Positions 19,001-29,226 of a stretch of 64,000 bases of DNA are shown here, one piece after another; the stretch's first letter is position 1, and each line of letters starts with the position of its first letter. A model generated the notes under the pieces. The model did no database searches. It saw nothing but the letters and a program-made list of their open reading frames with translations, and was not told where the DNA came from. Source of the DNA: Gemmatimonas sp. (lineage in GTDB: Bacteria; Gemmatimonadota; Gemmatimonadetes; Gemmatimonadales; Gemmatimonadaceae). The stretch covers positions 1-64,000 of the forward strand of contig OZ257156.1 of assembly GCA_965279375.1 (NCBI GenBank), given 5' to 3'. Made by a program: the position numbers and the translations under genes.

Positions 19001-19621
19001 ATGCACTGCTTGAGTCGAGCGCGTCGCTCACCGCGTTGGGGCATCGCGAGCATCGTGCGAGGCGGCCTGTCGTTGCTGACGGCGGCGTCGCTGAGCGCCT
19101 GCGATCTGGACCACGGGTTTCATGGGGTCGCGATGGTTCCGCCGCGCGACGTGCCGGCAATCGCCTTCACGCGCGCCGATGGCTCCTCGTATGCCCTCGC
19201 GCCGGCCGACGACGAACTTCTCGTACTCTCGTTCGGCTACACGCATTGCCCGGACGTCTGCCCCACCACGCTTGCCGACTGGAAGCGCGTCAAACAGGGC
19301 CTCGGTAAAGACGGCGAGCGTGTACGCTTCGTCTTCATCACCGTCGATCCGGAGCGGGACACGCCGGAGCTCACCGATCGCTACGCGAAGCAATTCGATC
19401 CCTCATTCGTTGGACTCTCGGGTGATTCGGCCACCACGGCGCAGGCACTCCGCGCGTTTGACGCGCTCGCCGTGAAGGATCCGACGGTCACTGCGAGCGG
19501 GTATCTCGTCAGTCACTCGTCGCAGGTCTTCCTCGTGGACGGACGACGCCGACTGGTCGCCATGTATTCATTCGGGAGCGGTTGGGACGCGTTGCTGGCG
19601 GACCTCGAGAAGCTCCTGTGA
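19001..19621 (+). CDS. SCO1/SenC family copper chaperone (lipoprotein)
   Basis: LSAC lipobox, FGYTHCPDVC, VDPERDT and VSHS. Confidence 0.93.
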   Translation: MHCLSRARRSPRWGIASIVRGGLSLLTAASLSACDLDHGFHGVAMVPPRDVPAIAFTRADGSSYALAPADDELLVLSFGYTHCPDVCPTTLADWKRVKQGLGKDGERVRFVFITVDPERDTPELTDRYAKQFDPSFVGLSGDSATTAQALRAFDALAVKDPTVTASGYLVSHSSQVFLVDGRRRLVAMYSFGSGWDALLADLEKLL

Positions 19622-20079
19622 TGCGTCCCGCTCGTCACACGCTCTCGCTGTGCGTACTGGGTGCGCTGACCGCGTTCTCGCTGAGTGCGTGCGCGCGCGG
19701 CTATGACCGCGTCAAAGACGGTCCGCTCGAGATCAAGGACGCGTGGGTACGTGTCACCAACGTGACTGCGTCCGCGGCGATGTACGGCACGTTCCAGAAT
19801 CACGACGACGCGACGGTAAACATTCTGAGCGTCAGCACAGCGGCGGCGCGTTCCGCCGAACTGCACGAGACGATGGAGATGAGCGGCATGTCGCACATGC
19901 AGCATCTCGATTCGCTCCCGGTGGCGCCGAAAGGCACGCTCACGTTCAAGCCGGGTGGCATCCATGTGATGCTCACCGATCTGGGGCGCCCGATGGCGAC
20001 TGGCGACACGGTCGTGCTCACGTTTCAGCTCGGCGGCGGGGGTTCGACGATCGTCAAGGCCGTCGTTCGTGAGCCGTAG
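19621..20079 (+). CDS. PCu(A)C copper chaperone
   Basis: Lipobox LSAC; ELHET..GMSHM...KPGGIHVML motif; TGATG overlap with SCO. Confidence 0.93.
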   Translation: MRPARHTLSLCVLGALTAFSLSACARGYDRVKDGPLEIKDAWVRVTNVTASAAMYGTFQNHDDATVNILSVSTAAARSAELHETMEMSGMSHMQHLDSLPVAPKGTLTFKPGGIHVMLTDLGRPMATGDTVVLTFQLGGGGSTIVKAVVREP

Positions 20080-20081
20080 TC

Positions 20082-20426
20082 GTGCGTCGTGCGTTGACGG
20101 TGTCAGCATGTCTTCTGGGATCAGCCGGAATCGTGTGGTGGGGCTGGCCACGTCCCGCGCTCGAGATTCGGGTGCTGCGCGGGGGTGATGCGCGCGTCAT
20201 CGATGATTGGGGACGCCGGTCGGCGCTTGGCGACACGGTGTTCGTGCGCGGCAGCGGCGGCCATCGAACTGTGCGCGTCGTGAACGACGATACGATTCCG
20301 CATCGTCTGGCAATGTTTGCAGCAGCGGCAGGCGAGACGCGCGATTACTCTGTGCCACTGGGTGTGTTTGGCGGATTTCGCTCGGCGCATTCCACGAGCA
20401 AGCATCTCACTGTGGTGGTGCGATGA
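20082..20426 (+). CDS. Small exported cupredoxin-like protein
   Basis: N-terminal anchor, GDTV..VVNDDTIPH and C-terminal FRSAH..LTVVV; starts 2 nt after the PCuAC stop. Confidence 0.6.
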   Translation: MRRALTVSACLLGSAGIVWWGWPRPALEIRVLRGGDARVIDDWGRRSALGDTVFVRGSGGHRTVRVVNDDTIPHRLAMFAAAAGETRDYSVPLGVFGGFRSAHSTSKHLTVVVR

Positions 20427-20489
20427 CCACGTGCCTCCCGTGGCGGCCTTTCGATGAACCTGCGATGACTGTTTTGCGATGACCGCATC

Positions 20490-21698
20490 ATGAACACACC
20501 GAGAGACGAGCGCGTGCTGCGGCCGATGGTGGAGGTACTGGACGACGAGCTGCTCGCTCTGCAGTCGTCGGGGCTTCGCCGTTCATTGCGCGCCGTGCAG
20601 GAGCGGCGTGCGGGCACGGTGCAGCTGGACGGAGAACGCATCGCAGATTTTGCGTCCAACGACTATCTGGGTTTGGCGGCCGATCATCGGGTGGCGCGTG
20701 CTGCCACGGCGGTGCTGCAAGCCGAGGGGACGGGTGCGGGCGCGGCGCGTTTGATCTCGGGGAATCATCCGATTCACGACACGCTCGAGCGCGAGCTCGC
20801 GCGATTCAAGCAGTGCGAGGCAGCGCTGCTGTTTCCGTCGGGCTACATGGTCAACATCGGCGTGATTCCGGCGCTTGTCGGTGAGGGCGACGTGATCTAC
20901 TCCGACGCGCTCAACCATGCGTCGCTGGTGGATGGCTGTCGGTTGTCCAAGGCCACGCTGCGAGTCTTTCCGCACGCCGACATCGAGTCGTTGCGCACGA
21001 TGCTCGAGGCGGACCGCGGCGCGTTTCGTCGCGCGCTGATCGTGGTGGAAGGGATATTCTCGATGGACGGCGACCTGTTTCCGCTGGACGGTCTGGTGCC
21101 GCTCGCGCGCGAGTTCGGCGCGTGGACGTACGTGGACGATGCGCATGGCACCGGCGTGGTGGGTGACACGGGGCGTGGGTCCATCGAGCGATTCGGTGTG
21201 ACGGGGCAGATCGACGTCGTCGTCGGCACACTCGGCAAAGCGCTCGGCACGTCAGGTGCATTCGTTGGTGGTTCGCAGGTGCTCATCGACTTTATGACCA
21301 GTCGCGCGCGCTCCTTCATCTTCACGACGGGGACACCGCCAGCGTTGGCCGCAGCCACGTTGGAAGCGCTGCGGCTCGCACAGGTGGAGAACTGGCGCCG
21401 CGATACGGTCCGCGCGCGCGCGCGTCATCTGCGCGATCGCCTGCGCCATGGCGGCCGACCGATTGCCGGCATCGACGACGGACACATCCTGCCCATCGTG
21501 GTTGGTGACGCGATGCGCACGATGCAAATCGTGGCTGAGCTGCGTCGCCGAGGATTTCTGGTTGGCGGCGTGAGACCACCGACTGTTGCGCCGGGCACCT
21601 CGCGACTGCGCGTGTCGGTGTCTGCGCTGCATCCGCCCGAGTTGGTTGATTCGCTAGCGGCGAACCTGTTGGATGTCCTTCGTGGAGTGCCGGTATGA
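20490..21698 (+). CDS. bioF: 8-amino-7-oxononanoate synthase
   Basis: FASNDYLGL, DALNHASLVDG, VDDAHG, GTLGKALG (PLP Lys), RPPTV. Confidence 0.96.
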   Translation: MNTPRDERVLRPMVEVLDDELLALQSSGLRRSLRAVQERRAGTVQLDGERIADFASNDYLGLAADHRVARAATAVLQAEGTGAGAARLISGNHPIHDTLERELARFKQCEAALLFPSGYMVNIGVIPALVGEGDVIYSDALNHASLVDGCRLSKATLRVFPHADIESLRTMLEADRGAFRRALIVVEGIFSMDGDLFPLDGLVPLAREFGAWTYVDDAHGTGVVGDTGRGSIERFGVTGQIDVVVGTLGKALGTSGAFVGGSQVLIDFMTSRARSFIFTTGTPPALAAATLEALRLAQVENWRRDTVRARARHLRDRLRHGGRPIAGIDDGHILPIVVGDAMRTMQIVAELRRRGFLVGGVRPPTVAPGTSRLRVSVSALHPPELVDSLAANLLDVLRGVPV

Positions 21699-23131
21699 GC
21701 GTGCGATTCGGTCCGGGTGCGTTCGACGACTTTGACGATCAGGACGAGCCGGATGCCGACGAAGAGTCGTTCGACACGGACGCCATCGCCGACGATGGGA
21801 TGGACGTAGACGACCCTATGCTCTCGGCCGCGCAGCGCATGCTCATGCAGGACGCGGCGCACGTGTGGCATCCGTATACACAGCATCATCAGGCACCGAT
21901 GCCGATTCCGATCGTGCGAGCGTCGGGTCAGTGGCTATACGATGCGAACGACCGCCCCATTCTCGATGCGATTTCGTCGTGGTGGGTGACGACACACGGG
22001 CATTGTCAGCCAGAGATCGTGGATGCGATCGCTGAGCAGGCGCGCACGCTCGATCAAGTGATCTTTGCGGGCTTCACGCACGAACCGGCGGCGCTGTTGG
22101 CGGCGGCACTTGTGTCGAAGTTGCCGCGTGGGTTGTCGCGCATTTTCTATTCGGACAACGGTTCGACGGCGGTCGAGGTCGCGATCAAGCTGTCGCTGCA
22201 ATCGTTTGCGAATCGGGGGCAGCCGCGTCGATTGGTCGCGGCGCTCGAGCATGCGTATCACGGCGATACGTTCGGCGCGATGGCCGCAGGCGCGCGTGGC
22301 GTGTTCACGCAGATGTACGAGCCGCTGCTGTTCGAGGTCGCGCGCCTTCCGGATCCGTCCGAAGGCAACACCATTCGCGCGCTGGATGCGCTGATCGCAG
22401 CACGTGGCAGCGAACTGGCGGCGGTGATCGTGGAGCCGTTGGTGCTCGGTGCGGGCGGCATGCGCGTGTGGGATGAGCGCGTGCTGCAGCAGATCCGCGA
22501 GAAGACAGCGGCAGCCGGCGTGCATCTCATCGCCGATGAAGTGATGACCGGCTTCGGTCGTACGGGGCCGCTCTTCGCGTGCGAGCGCGCCGACGTGTCA
22601 CCCGACCTGCTGTGCATGTCGAAGGGCTTGACCGGCGGCATCCTGCCGTTAGGCGCGACCGCGGCGACGGAAGCGATCTTTGACGCGTTTCTCGACGCAG
22701 ACCGCAGCAAGACGTTCTTTCACGGTCACTCCTACACGGCCAATCCGCTGGCCTGTGCGGCGGCGCTGGCGTCGCTGGCGCTGTTCGACGAGGAGAGCGA
22801 GGATCATCGTATTCGCATCGAGGTCGCGCACGCTCACCATCTGGAATCGCTGCGCGGACGCCGTGGCGTGAAGGCGGTGCGGCAGTTGGGCACGATCGCG
22901 GCGGTGGAGCTGGCGGGCACGCAGGGGTATCTGAGCGAGATCGGGCGCGAGCTGGCGGCCTTTGCCATTGGCGAGGGTGTGTTGCTCCGCCCCCTTGGCA
23001 ACGTCGCCTACGTGCTGCCACCGTTCTGCACCAGCGACGACGACATTGCACGCATTTACGGCGTGATCGAGCGCTTTCTCGACGGTGAGCGCGCGGCACC
23101 ACCAGGCACCGGGGGACCCATCGATGACTGA
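21695..23131 (+). CDS. bioA: Adenosylmethionine-8-amino-7-oxononanoate transaminase
   Basis: VWHPYTQ, ISSWWV, YSDNGSTAVE, YHGDT, DEVMTGFGRTG, SKGLTGG, HGHSYTAN. Confidence 0.96.
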   Translation: MSVRFGPGAFDDFDDQDEPDADEESFDTDAIADDGMDVDDPMLSAAQRMLMQDAAHVWHPYTQHHQAPMPIPIVRASGQWLYDANDRPILDAISSWWVTTHGHCQPEIVDAIAEQARTLDQVIFAGFTHEPAALLAAALVSKLPRGLSRIFYSDNGSTAVEVAIKLSLQSFANRGQPRRLVAALEHAYHGDTFGAMAAGARGVFTQMYEPLLFEVARLPDPSEGNTIRALDALIAARGSELAAVIVEPLVLGAGGMRVWDERVLQQIREKTAAAGVHLIADEVMTGFGRTGPLFACERADVSPDLLCMSKGLTGGILPLGATAATEAIFDAFLDADRSKTFFHGHSYTANPLACAAALASLALFDEESEDHRIRIEVAHAHHLESLRGRRGVKAVRQLGTIAAVELAGTQGYLSEIGRELAAFAIGEGVLLRPLGNVAYVLPPFCTSDDDIARIYGVIERFLDGERAAPPGTGGPIDD

Positions 23132-23885
23132 CGCTCCGCGGTTGCGGCTTGGCATCACCGGCACGGACACGGGTATCGGCAAGACGGTCGTCGCGTGTGC
23201 GCTGGCGGCGCGTGCGGTGCAGCTGGGCAAGCGTGTGGGCGCGATGAAGCCGATCGAAAGCGGCGCCGATGCGCGCGTGAACAGCAGCGGCGGCGTGCCG
23301 TCGGACGCGGAGCGGTTGCGTATCGCTGCGGGTGGCGATCTGCCGATGGAGCTCGTGCGCCCGTACCTGCTGGTGGAGCCGCTGGCACCGATGGTCGCGG
23401 CGCAGCGCGCGGGTGTCACGATCGACATGGCGACGCTGGATGCTGCGTTTGCCGGCGTCGAGGCGTCCAAGGACGTCGTGCTCGTGGAAGGCGCAGGCGG
23501 ACTGCTGGTGCCGATCAAGCTGGGCCTGTCGTTTCTCGATCTCTTTGCGCACTGGCGCTGCGAACTGATCATCGTGGCGGGCAACCGGCTGGGTGTGATT
23601 AACCATGTGTTGCTGACGGTGCGCGCGGCCGAAGCGGCTGGCGTGTCCGTGCGCGCCGTGATCCTCACGTCGTTCTCGTCGCCGGATGCCACGTTGGCCG
23701 AAGCGACGAACTACGACGCGCTGGCGGCGGTGCTGCCGTCGCAGGCGCTGTTTCGTTTCCCATGGGTGGACCGCAGTAACGACCTCGACGCACTCGCCGC
23801 CGCCGCAGAGGGCGCTGGCCTCGATGTCCTGCTCGAGGCAGAGCCACCACTTCCGACGGTACCAGGAACCCTTTTTCTCGATTGA
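23124..23885 (+). CDS. bioD: Dethiobiotin synthase
   Basis: [22 protein letters not shown] and LGVINH. Confidence 0.95.
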   Translation: MTDAPRLRLGITGTDTGIGKTVVACALAARAVQLGKRVGAMKPIESGADARVNSSGGVPSDAERLRIAAGGDLPMELVRPYLLVEPLAPMVAAQRAGVTIDMATLDAAFAGVEASKDVVLVEGAGGLLVPIKLGLSFLDLFAHWRCELIIVAGNRLGVINHVLLTVRAAEAAGVSVRAVILTSFSSPDATLAEATNYDALAAVLPSQALFRFPWVDRSNDLDALAAAAEGAGLDVLLEAEPPLPTVPGTLFLD

Positions 23886-23895
23886 CAGGTTGACG

Positions 23896-24969
23896 ATGAC
23901 AGCAGTGGATATTGCGATGGACTGGCAGCGGTTGGCCGATCGTTCGCTGGCCGGTGAAGCGCTCACGCGCGAAGAAGCGCGCGCCGTTTTGCAGGCGCCC
24001 GACTCGGCGTTGATCGATCAGTTGGCCGCCGCATATCGCGTGCGTCGCGCGACGTGGGGCAATCGGGTGCGCTTGCACTTCCTGCTCAACGCACAGAGCG
24101 GGCTGTGCCCGGAGGACTGCGGCTACTGCTCGCAGTCGAAGATTTCGGCGGCCGAGATCGAGAAGTATCCGATGCTGGCCCAGGATCGCATCATGGAGGC
24201 GGCTGATCGCGCGGCTCAGCTCAAGGCGGGCACGCTGTGCATGGTGATTTCGGGGCGGTCGCCGGGCGAGACGGTGTTCGGCAAGGTGCTCGACGCGGTG
24301 AAGTCGGTGCGGGCCAAGCACGACCTCAAGATCTGCGCGTGCCTCGGCTTGCTCAACGCCGATCAGGTGCGTCAGCTCAAGGAAGCGGGTGTCGAGACGA
24401 TCAATCACAATCTCAACACGTCGGCGAACTTCACGCCGGAGATTGTGGGCACGCACACGTTCGAGGATCGCGTGGGCACGGTGCAGGCGGTGAAGGACGC
24501 CGGCATGAAGACGTGCAGCGGTGGCATTCTGGGCATGGGTGAAAGCGATGACGACGTGATCGATCTGGCGATGTCGTTGCGCGAGCTCGAAGTGCGCAGC
24601 GTGCCGGTGAACTTCCTGATTCCGGTACCGGGCACACGATTCGAAGGTGTGAACGCGCTCGATCCGCGTCGCTGCCTGCGCATTCTGGTGCTGTATCGCC
24701 TGTTGCTGCCCACGCAGGAGATCCGCATCAGCGGTGGCCGCGAGGTGCACCTGCGCAGCATGCAGGTGATGGGGCTCTATCCCGCCAATAGCATCTTCGT
24801 GGGCGACTACCTCACCACGCAGGGGCAGACGGCGCGCGACGACATGCGCATGATCGAGGACGCGGGCTTCGTGCTGGAGACGCCGGACGGTGACGAGCTC
24901 GTTGGCGACCCGCTGGAGGGCGTGCCGGAGCAGTACCCGCGTGCTCCGCTGCCGCTGATCTCGGTCTGA
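23896..24969 (+). CDS. bioB: Biotin synthase (radical SAM)
   Basis: [45 protein letters not shown]. Confidence 0.97.
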   Translation: MTAVDIAMDWQRLADRSLAGEALTREEARAVLQAPDSALIDQLAAAYRVRRATWGNRVRLHFLLNAQSGLCPEDCGYCSQSKISAAEIEKYPMLAQDRIMEAADRAAQLKAGTLCMVISGRSPGETVFGKVLDAVKSVRAKHDLKICACLGLLNADQVRQLKEAGVETINHNLNTSANFTPEIVGTHTFEDRVGTVQAVKDAGMKTCSGGILGMGESDDDVIDLAMSLRELEVRSVPVNFLIPVPGTRFEGVNALDPRRCLRILVLYRLLLPTQEIRISGGREVHLRSMQVMGLYPANSIFVGDYLTTQGQTARDDMRMIEDAGFVLETPDGDELVGDPLEGVPEQYPRAPLPLISV

Positions 24970-24998
24970 CGCGTCGTCTGGCACGACCCTGACAGACA

Positions 24999-25034
24999 AA
25001 ACCCGCCGCGACCTATCGCGGCGGGTTTGCTTTG
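24999..25034. terminator. Bidirectional intrinsic terminator between bioB and the DsbA gene
   Basis: AAACCCGCCGCGA-CCTA-TCGCGGCGGGTTT followed by GCTTTG. Confidence 0.85.
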
Positions 25035-25052
25035 TAACGTTGCTCCGTCTCG

Positions 25053-25706
25053 TTACGGCTCCGCGTTGAGCACCTGCTCGATGGCCTGACGGAAGAGTGC
25101 CTCGGGCTGCGCACCACTGACGCCCACGCGTCCGTCGAGCACCACGAACGGAACGCCGCGGACACCGAGTCGAGCGGCCTCGCGCTGACTCTGCTGCACG
25201 TGTACATCGTATCGACCGTCGGTGAGGATCGCGTCGATCTCGGATCCATCGAGGCCATGCGCGACACCGATCTCGCGCAGCGTCGCGTTGTCGCCGATAT
25301 CGCGGCCATCGTGGAAGTAGGCGCGAAAGAGCGACTCGGCGAGCGCCCACTGCACGCCCGACGATTCTGCGTGCAAGAGTAAGCCGTGCGCGCGCACGGT
25401 GTTGGGCGACTTGGTGATGCGTTCAAAGCGGAACTGCACGTCGTCCGCGGAACCGGCTTTGGCGACGTGCGCGAACATCTCGTTGGCGCGGATGGTGCCA
25501 CCGAACTTCTGGTCGATCACCTCCTGCCAGGCCCGACCTTCGGCAGGAATGGATGGGTCGAGTTGAAACGGGCGCCAGGTGAGCGTGACGTCGAGGTCGG
25601 TGCGATCGGCGAGGGCGCGCTGCAGGCGGCGTTCACCGATCCAGCACCACGGGCAGACGACATCGGCGTAGATGTCGATATGCAGGGCGCGAATGGTCTC
25701 AGGCAT
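25053..25706 (-). CDS. DsbA family oxidoreductase (FrnE-like)
   Basis: DVVCPWCWIG, WRPFQLDP, GVRGVPF and SGAQP. Confidence 0.93.
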   Translation of the reverse strand: MPETIRALHIDIYADVVCPWCWIGERRLQRALADRTDLDVTLTWRPFQLDPSIPAEGRAWQEVIDQKFGGTIRANEMFAHVAKAGSADDVQFRFERITKSPNTVRAHGLLLHAESSGVQWALAESLFRAYFHDGRDIGDNATLREIGVAHGLDGSEIDAILTDGRYDVHVQQSQREAARLGVRGVPFVVLDGRVGVSGAQPEALFRQAIEQVLNAEP

Positions 25707-25812
25707 GCGAAAGTCTTGGATTCCGGAGCGCGTTACTCGCGCTTGGCGTTTGCGTGGTGAATGTCTGATACTAGTGAGACGCTCGAACGAATTCACGTCC
25801 AGCCAGCCTCCG

Positions 25813-26448
25813 ATGTCCATCGCTGATATTCGCAAAGACTATCGTCTCGCCTCGCTCACCGAATCCGATGTGGATCCGGATCCGATCATCCAGTTCGGGC
25901 GATGGTTCGACGAGGCGGTGACGGCCGAAGTGCTCGAGCCGAACGCCATGTGTCTGGCCACCGCGACGCCGGATGCATATCCGTCGGCGCGCATCGTGCT
26001 GCTCAAGGGGTACGACGCGCGTGGTTTCGTCTTCTACACCGACTATCGCAGCCGCAAGGGGCAGGAGCTGGCCGACAACCCGGCCGCGTCGCTTTGCTTC
26101 TTCTGGCCAGAGCTGGAACGGCAGGTCCGCATTGCCGGCGCGGTGCAGCGTGTATCTCGCGCCGAGTCTGATACGTATTTCCAGTCGCGCCCAGTGGGGA
26201 GTCGCATCGGAGCGTGGACGTCGGTCCAGAGCAGCACGCTGGCCTCGCGCGAAGCGCTGGAGTCAGCGTTGGCCGACAACGAAGCACGCTTTGCCGACGG
26301 CGTGGTGCCACTTCCTGACCACTGGGGTGGCTTCCGCGTCCTTCCCGACGAGATCGAGTTCTGGCAGGGGCGCGGCAGCCGTCTGCACGACCGCATCGCA
26401 TTCCGAAAGAGCGCGGGCGCGTGGGTTCGGTCGCGCCTCTCGCCGTAA
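25813..26448 (+). CDS. pdxH: Pyridoxamine 5'-phosphate oxidase
   Basis: PSARIVLLKG, GFVFYT..SRKG, RQVRI, HWGG and EFWQGRGSRLHDR. Confidence 0.97.
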   Translation: MSIADIRKDYRLASLTESDVDPDPIIQFGRWFDEAVTAEVLEPNAMCLATATPDAYPSARIVLLKGYDARGFVFYTDYRSRKGQELADNPAASLCFFWPELERQVRIAGAVQRVSRAESDTYFQSRPVGSRIGAWTSVQSSTLASREALESALADNEARFADGVVPLPDHWGGFRVLPDEIEFWQGRGSRLHDRIAFRKSAGAWVRSRLSP

Positions 26449-26522
26449 GCAGACCTCGCGACGCAGATTCCGTATCACAGATTCTGCCGCGAGCATTCGT
26501 CCGTCCTATTTCGAGGTCCGTT

Positions 26523-27422
26523 ATGCCTGGATTACTCTCTCGGTCGTGGCGCGCGTGGTCGGCGCTGAGCACGGCAGTGGTGTTGGTCGCGACGACATCC
26601 CTGCCCGCGGAGGCGCAGCTTGGTCGCTTGAAGAAGATGGCCGAGGATGCGGCCAAGAAGAAAGCGGGTGTGGAACAGCCGAAGGAGCCGGAGAAGAAGA
26701 CGGCAACGGCGGTTGCTGGTGAAGATCCCACCATCTCCGCGGAACGATTGGACGCCGTGATTGCCGTGCTGTCGCCGCTGGTGACCGCCGCAGAACTGCA
26801 GGTCGCCTCGGCGGCAGCGGCTGCGTCATACGAGGCAGCCACCAAGGAAGCGAGCAAGTGCATGGAGACGTTCGCGAGCGCTGGCATCATGCCGACGGCC
26901 GCCGCCGCGGCAGAGATCGACAAGAGTGCGAAGCAGACGGAGCGCCTGTCGAAGGCCGCCGAGCAGGCGATGGCGGCGGGCAACTATCGACTCTCGTTGT
27001 ATTCGCAGGACTCGTCGACCGTCTCGCAGATTCGGGGCCTGGGCACGATGCTGGGCGGCAAGTGCAAGCCGTATCCGTACAAGCCGGCCGCCATGCTCGA
27101 TGCCGAAGCGATCAATCTCGCGAATGCGGCCGCGGGCAAGGCCAACGCCGCGAGCGGTGAAGAGGGGGCGTTCGAAGTGCCGGCGAACCAGCGCGCGGGG
27201 ATGTCCACGTACATGTTCGGTCGGGTGCGCGAACGGGCCGCGCTATACGCGCTGCTGGCGACAAAGACGATCACCAATTCGCAGGCCGGCAAGGAAGGCG
27301 TCTTCACCGAAGCGGAGCTTGCCACGCTCGATGCGCGAAAGGCAGCATTGGTGAAGATGGCACCGCTGTTCAAGGGCAACGGCCTTCGCTATCTGACGTG
27401 GAACGACATCAAGGCGTGGTGA
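26523..27422 (+). CDS. Exported Ala-rich hypothetical protein
   Basis: Signal peptide ending AEAQ, then LGRLKKMAEDAAKKK; helical, two Cys. Confidence 0.75.
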   Translation: MPGLLSRSWRAWSALSTAVVLVATTSLPAEAQLGRLKKMAEDAAKKKAGVEQPKEPEKKTATAVAGEDPTISAERLDAVIAVLSPLVTAAELQVASAAAAASYEAATKEASKCMETFASAGIMPTAAAAAEIDKSAKQTERLSKAAEQAMAAGNYRLSLYSQDSSTVSQIRGLGTMLGGKCKPYPYKPAAMLDAEAINLANAAAGKANAASGEEGAFEVPANQRAGMSTYMFGRVRERAALYALLATKTITNSQAGKEGVFTEAELATLDARKAALVKMAPLFKGNGLRYLTWNDIKAW

Positions 27423-27456
27423 ACGTTTGACGCGTTCTGGTTCGCGACGGCAGTGC

Positions 27457-28377
27457 ATGCATGTCGCGCTCGTGTTGATGTCGTGGATTGCGTGGCCCAT
27501 CGCTGCGCAACAGGTGAATCGCAATGACGCGCCGCCGCGGATCCTCGGGATTCGATGCGGCGCGTCGTCGCACGATGCCCCATCGCTGGCGCTACGATGG
27601 CACGGCGATCCGGTGCAGTGGGCAGAGTGGCGTGTGGCGCTGGGGACGCGAGGCGTTGCAACGCGCGTGATCGTCGCACGGTTCGATCCGCGCGCCGTTC
27701 AGCTCTCGCTGGAGATCAAGCGTGAGGGCGACGCGATGCTATCGTGGAGCCTGGACGATGCACCACCTGATGCCCTGATCGCGTTGAATGCTGGACAGTT
27801 CACCGACGGCGGACCGTGGGGCTGGGTGGTGCATCGGGGGCGTGAATGGCAGGCACCGGGGCGCGGCTCGTTGGCCGGTGCGCTCGTGGTGGACAGCACG
27901 GGCACGGTCACGATACTCGACGCCAATACGTTGGCGTCGCGACGTGCGCAGGGCGGCGTCATGGAGGCGATCCAGTCGTACCCGACGCTGCTGGATGCAG
28001 AGGGCGTCGCGCCATCGCAAGAGTGCACGCGCGTTGGCGCGCGGCCGATCGTCGCGTCGTCCACTGCGAGTGTGGACACGACCGGTGTAGACCGCACGCA
28101 CCGCGACACGCGACTCGCCGTGGGCACGCTCGCGGACGGCAGACTGCTGGTGGTGTTGAGTCAGTACGACGGCGCGGGCACGATCGCCGCGCGACTACCG
28201 ATTGGCCCGACCACGCCGGAGATGGCGGAGATCATGCGGAGACTCGGCGCGCAACATGCGCTGATGCTCGACGGCGGACTGAGCGCGCAGATGCTGGTGC
28301 GTACAGCGTCCGACAGCATACGTCAGTGGCCCGGCCTGCGTCGCGTGCCGCTGGCATTGCTCGGACGGCGACGCTAG
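27457..28377 (+). CDS. Phosphodiester glycosidase (NAGPA) family exported protein
   Basis: ALNAGQF, HRDTRLAVG and ALMLDGGLSAQM motifs; signal peptide. Start approximate. Confidence 0.8.
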   Translation: MHVALVLMSWIAWPIAAQQVNRNDAPPRILGIRCGASSHDAPSLALRWHGDPVQWAEWRVALGTRGVATRVIVARFDPRAVQLSLEIKREGDAMLSWSLDDAPPDALIALNAGQFTDGGPWGWVVHRGREWQAPGRGSLAGALVVDSTGTVTILDANTLASRRAQGGVMEAIQSYPTLLDAEGVAPSQECTRVGARPIVASSTASVDTTGVDRTHRDTRLAVGTLADGRLLVVLSQYDGAGTIAARLPIGPTTPEMAEIMRRLGAQHALMLDGGLSAQMLVRTASDSIRQWPGLRRVPLALLGRRR

Positions 28378-28468
28378 TCGCGCGTTCATTTGCGCCACTC
28401 GGGTTGGACAGCATCGATACACCGCCGCCGTCGGGAACAGAGCTGCGCGGCCGGACATTCCGATTGGC

Positions 28469-29212
28469 ATGAGCACTGCTATCGCCCAACGGGCATATCT
28501 GATTCTGGGCGCGAGTGGCGGCATTGGCAGCGCGCTCGCCCACGCGCTGGCTGCAACGGGCGCTTCGCTATTTCTCGTGGGCCGACGTGAGGAGCCATTG
28601 GTCGCACTCGGCGCGGCGCTCAATGCGCAGTGGGCGACGGCGGACGTGTCGGACTTCGCCGAGGTGGACCGCGTGTTCGATCTGGCGGTGAGCGCGATGG
28701 GTCGTGTGGACGGCGTGGCCAACTGCGTCGGCTCGTTGATCCTCAAGCCGGCGCACCTGACCAAGGCGGAAGAATTTCAGGCGACGATCGCCGCGAATCT
28801 CACGACAGCGTTCGGCACGGTCCGATCGGCCGCACGCGTGATGACCGAGGGTGGCAGCGTCGTGCTCTGTAGCTCGGCCGCGGCGCGAATCGGTCTCGCC
28901 AACCACGAAGCGATCGCGGCGGCCAAGGGCGGTGTGCTCGGACTCGTGCTGTCGGCCGCGGCCACGTACGCCTCGCGCGGACTGCGCGTGAACGCGGTGG
29001 CGCCGGGGCTCGTGCGCACGCCGCTGACCACGCGCATCACGTCGTCTGCGCCCGCCTCCGAGGCATCGCGGAGCATGCACGCGCTCGGCCGACTGGGTGA
29101 GCCAGAAGACGTCGCCAAGTTGATGGCGTGGCTGCTGGGCTCGGAAGCTACGTGGGTGACCGGCCAGTGCTACGGCGTGGACGGCGGGCTCGGCACGGTG
29201 CGCAGCAAGTAG
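28469..29212 (+). CDS. SDR family oxidoreductase
   Basis: GASGGIG, NCVGS, IAAAK (catalytic Tyr replaced), VNAVAPG and VDGG. Confidence 0.9.
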   Translation: MSTAIAQRAYLILGASGGIGSALAHALAATGASLFLVGRREEPLVALGAALNAQWATADVSDFAEVDRVFDLAVSAMGRVDGVANCVGSLILKPAHLTKAEEFQATIAANLTTAFGTVRSAARVMTEGGSVVLCSSAAARIGLANHEAIAAAKGGVLGLVLSAAATYASRGLRVNAVAPGLVRTPLTTRITSSAPASEASRSMHALGRLGEPEDVAKLMAWLLGSEATWVTGQCYGVDGGLGTVRSK

Positions 29213-29226
29213 CTGCTGGTCTGCGC

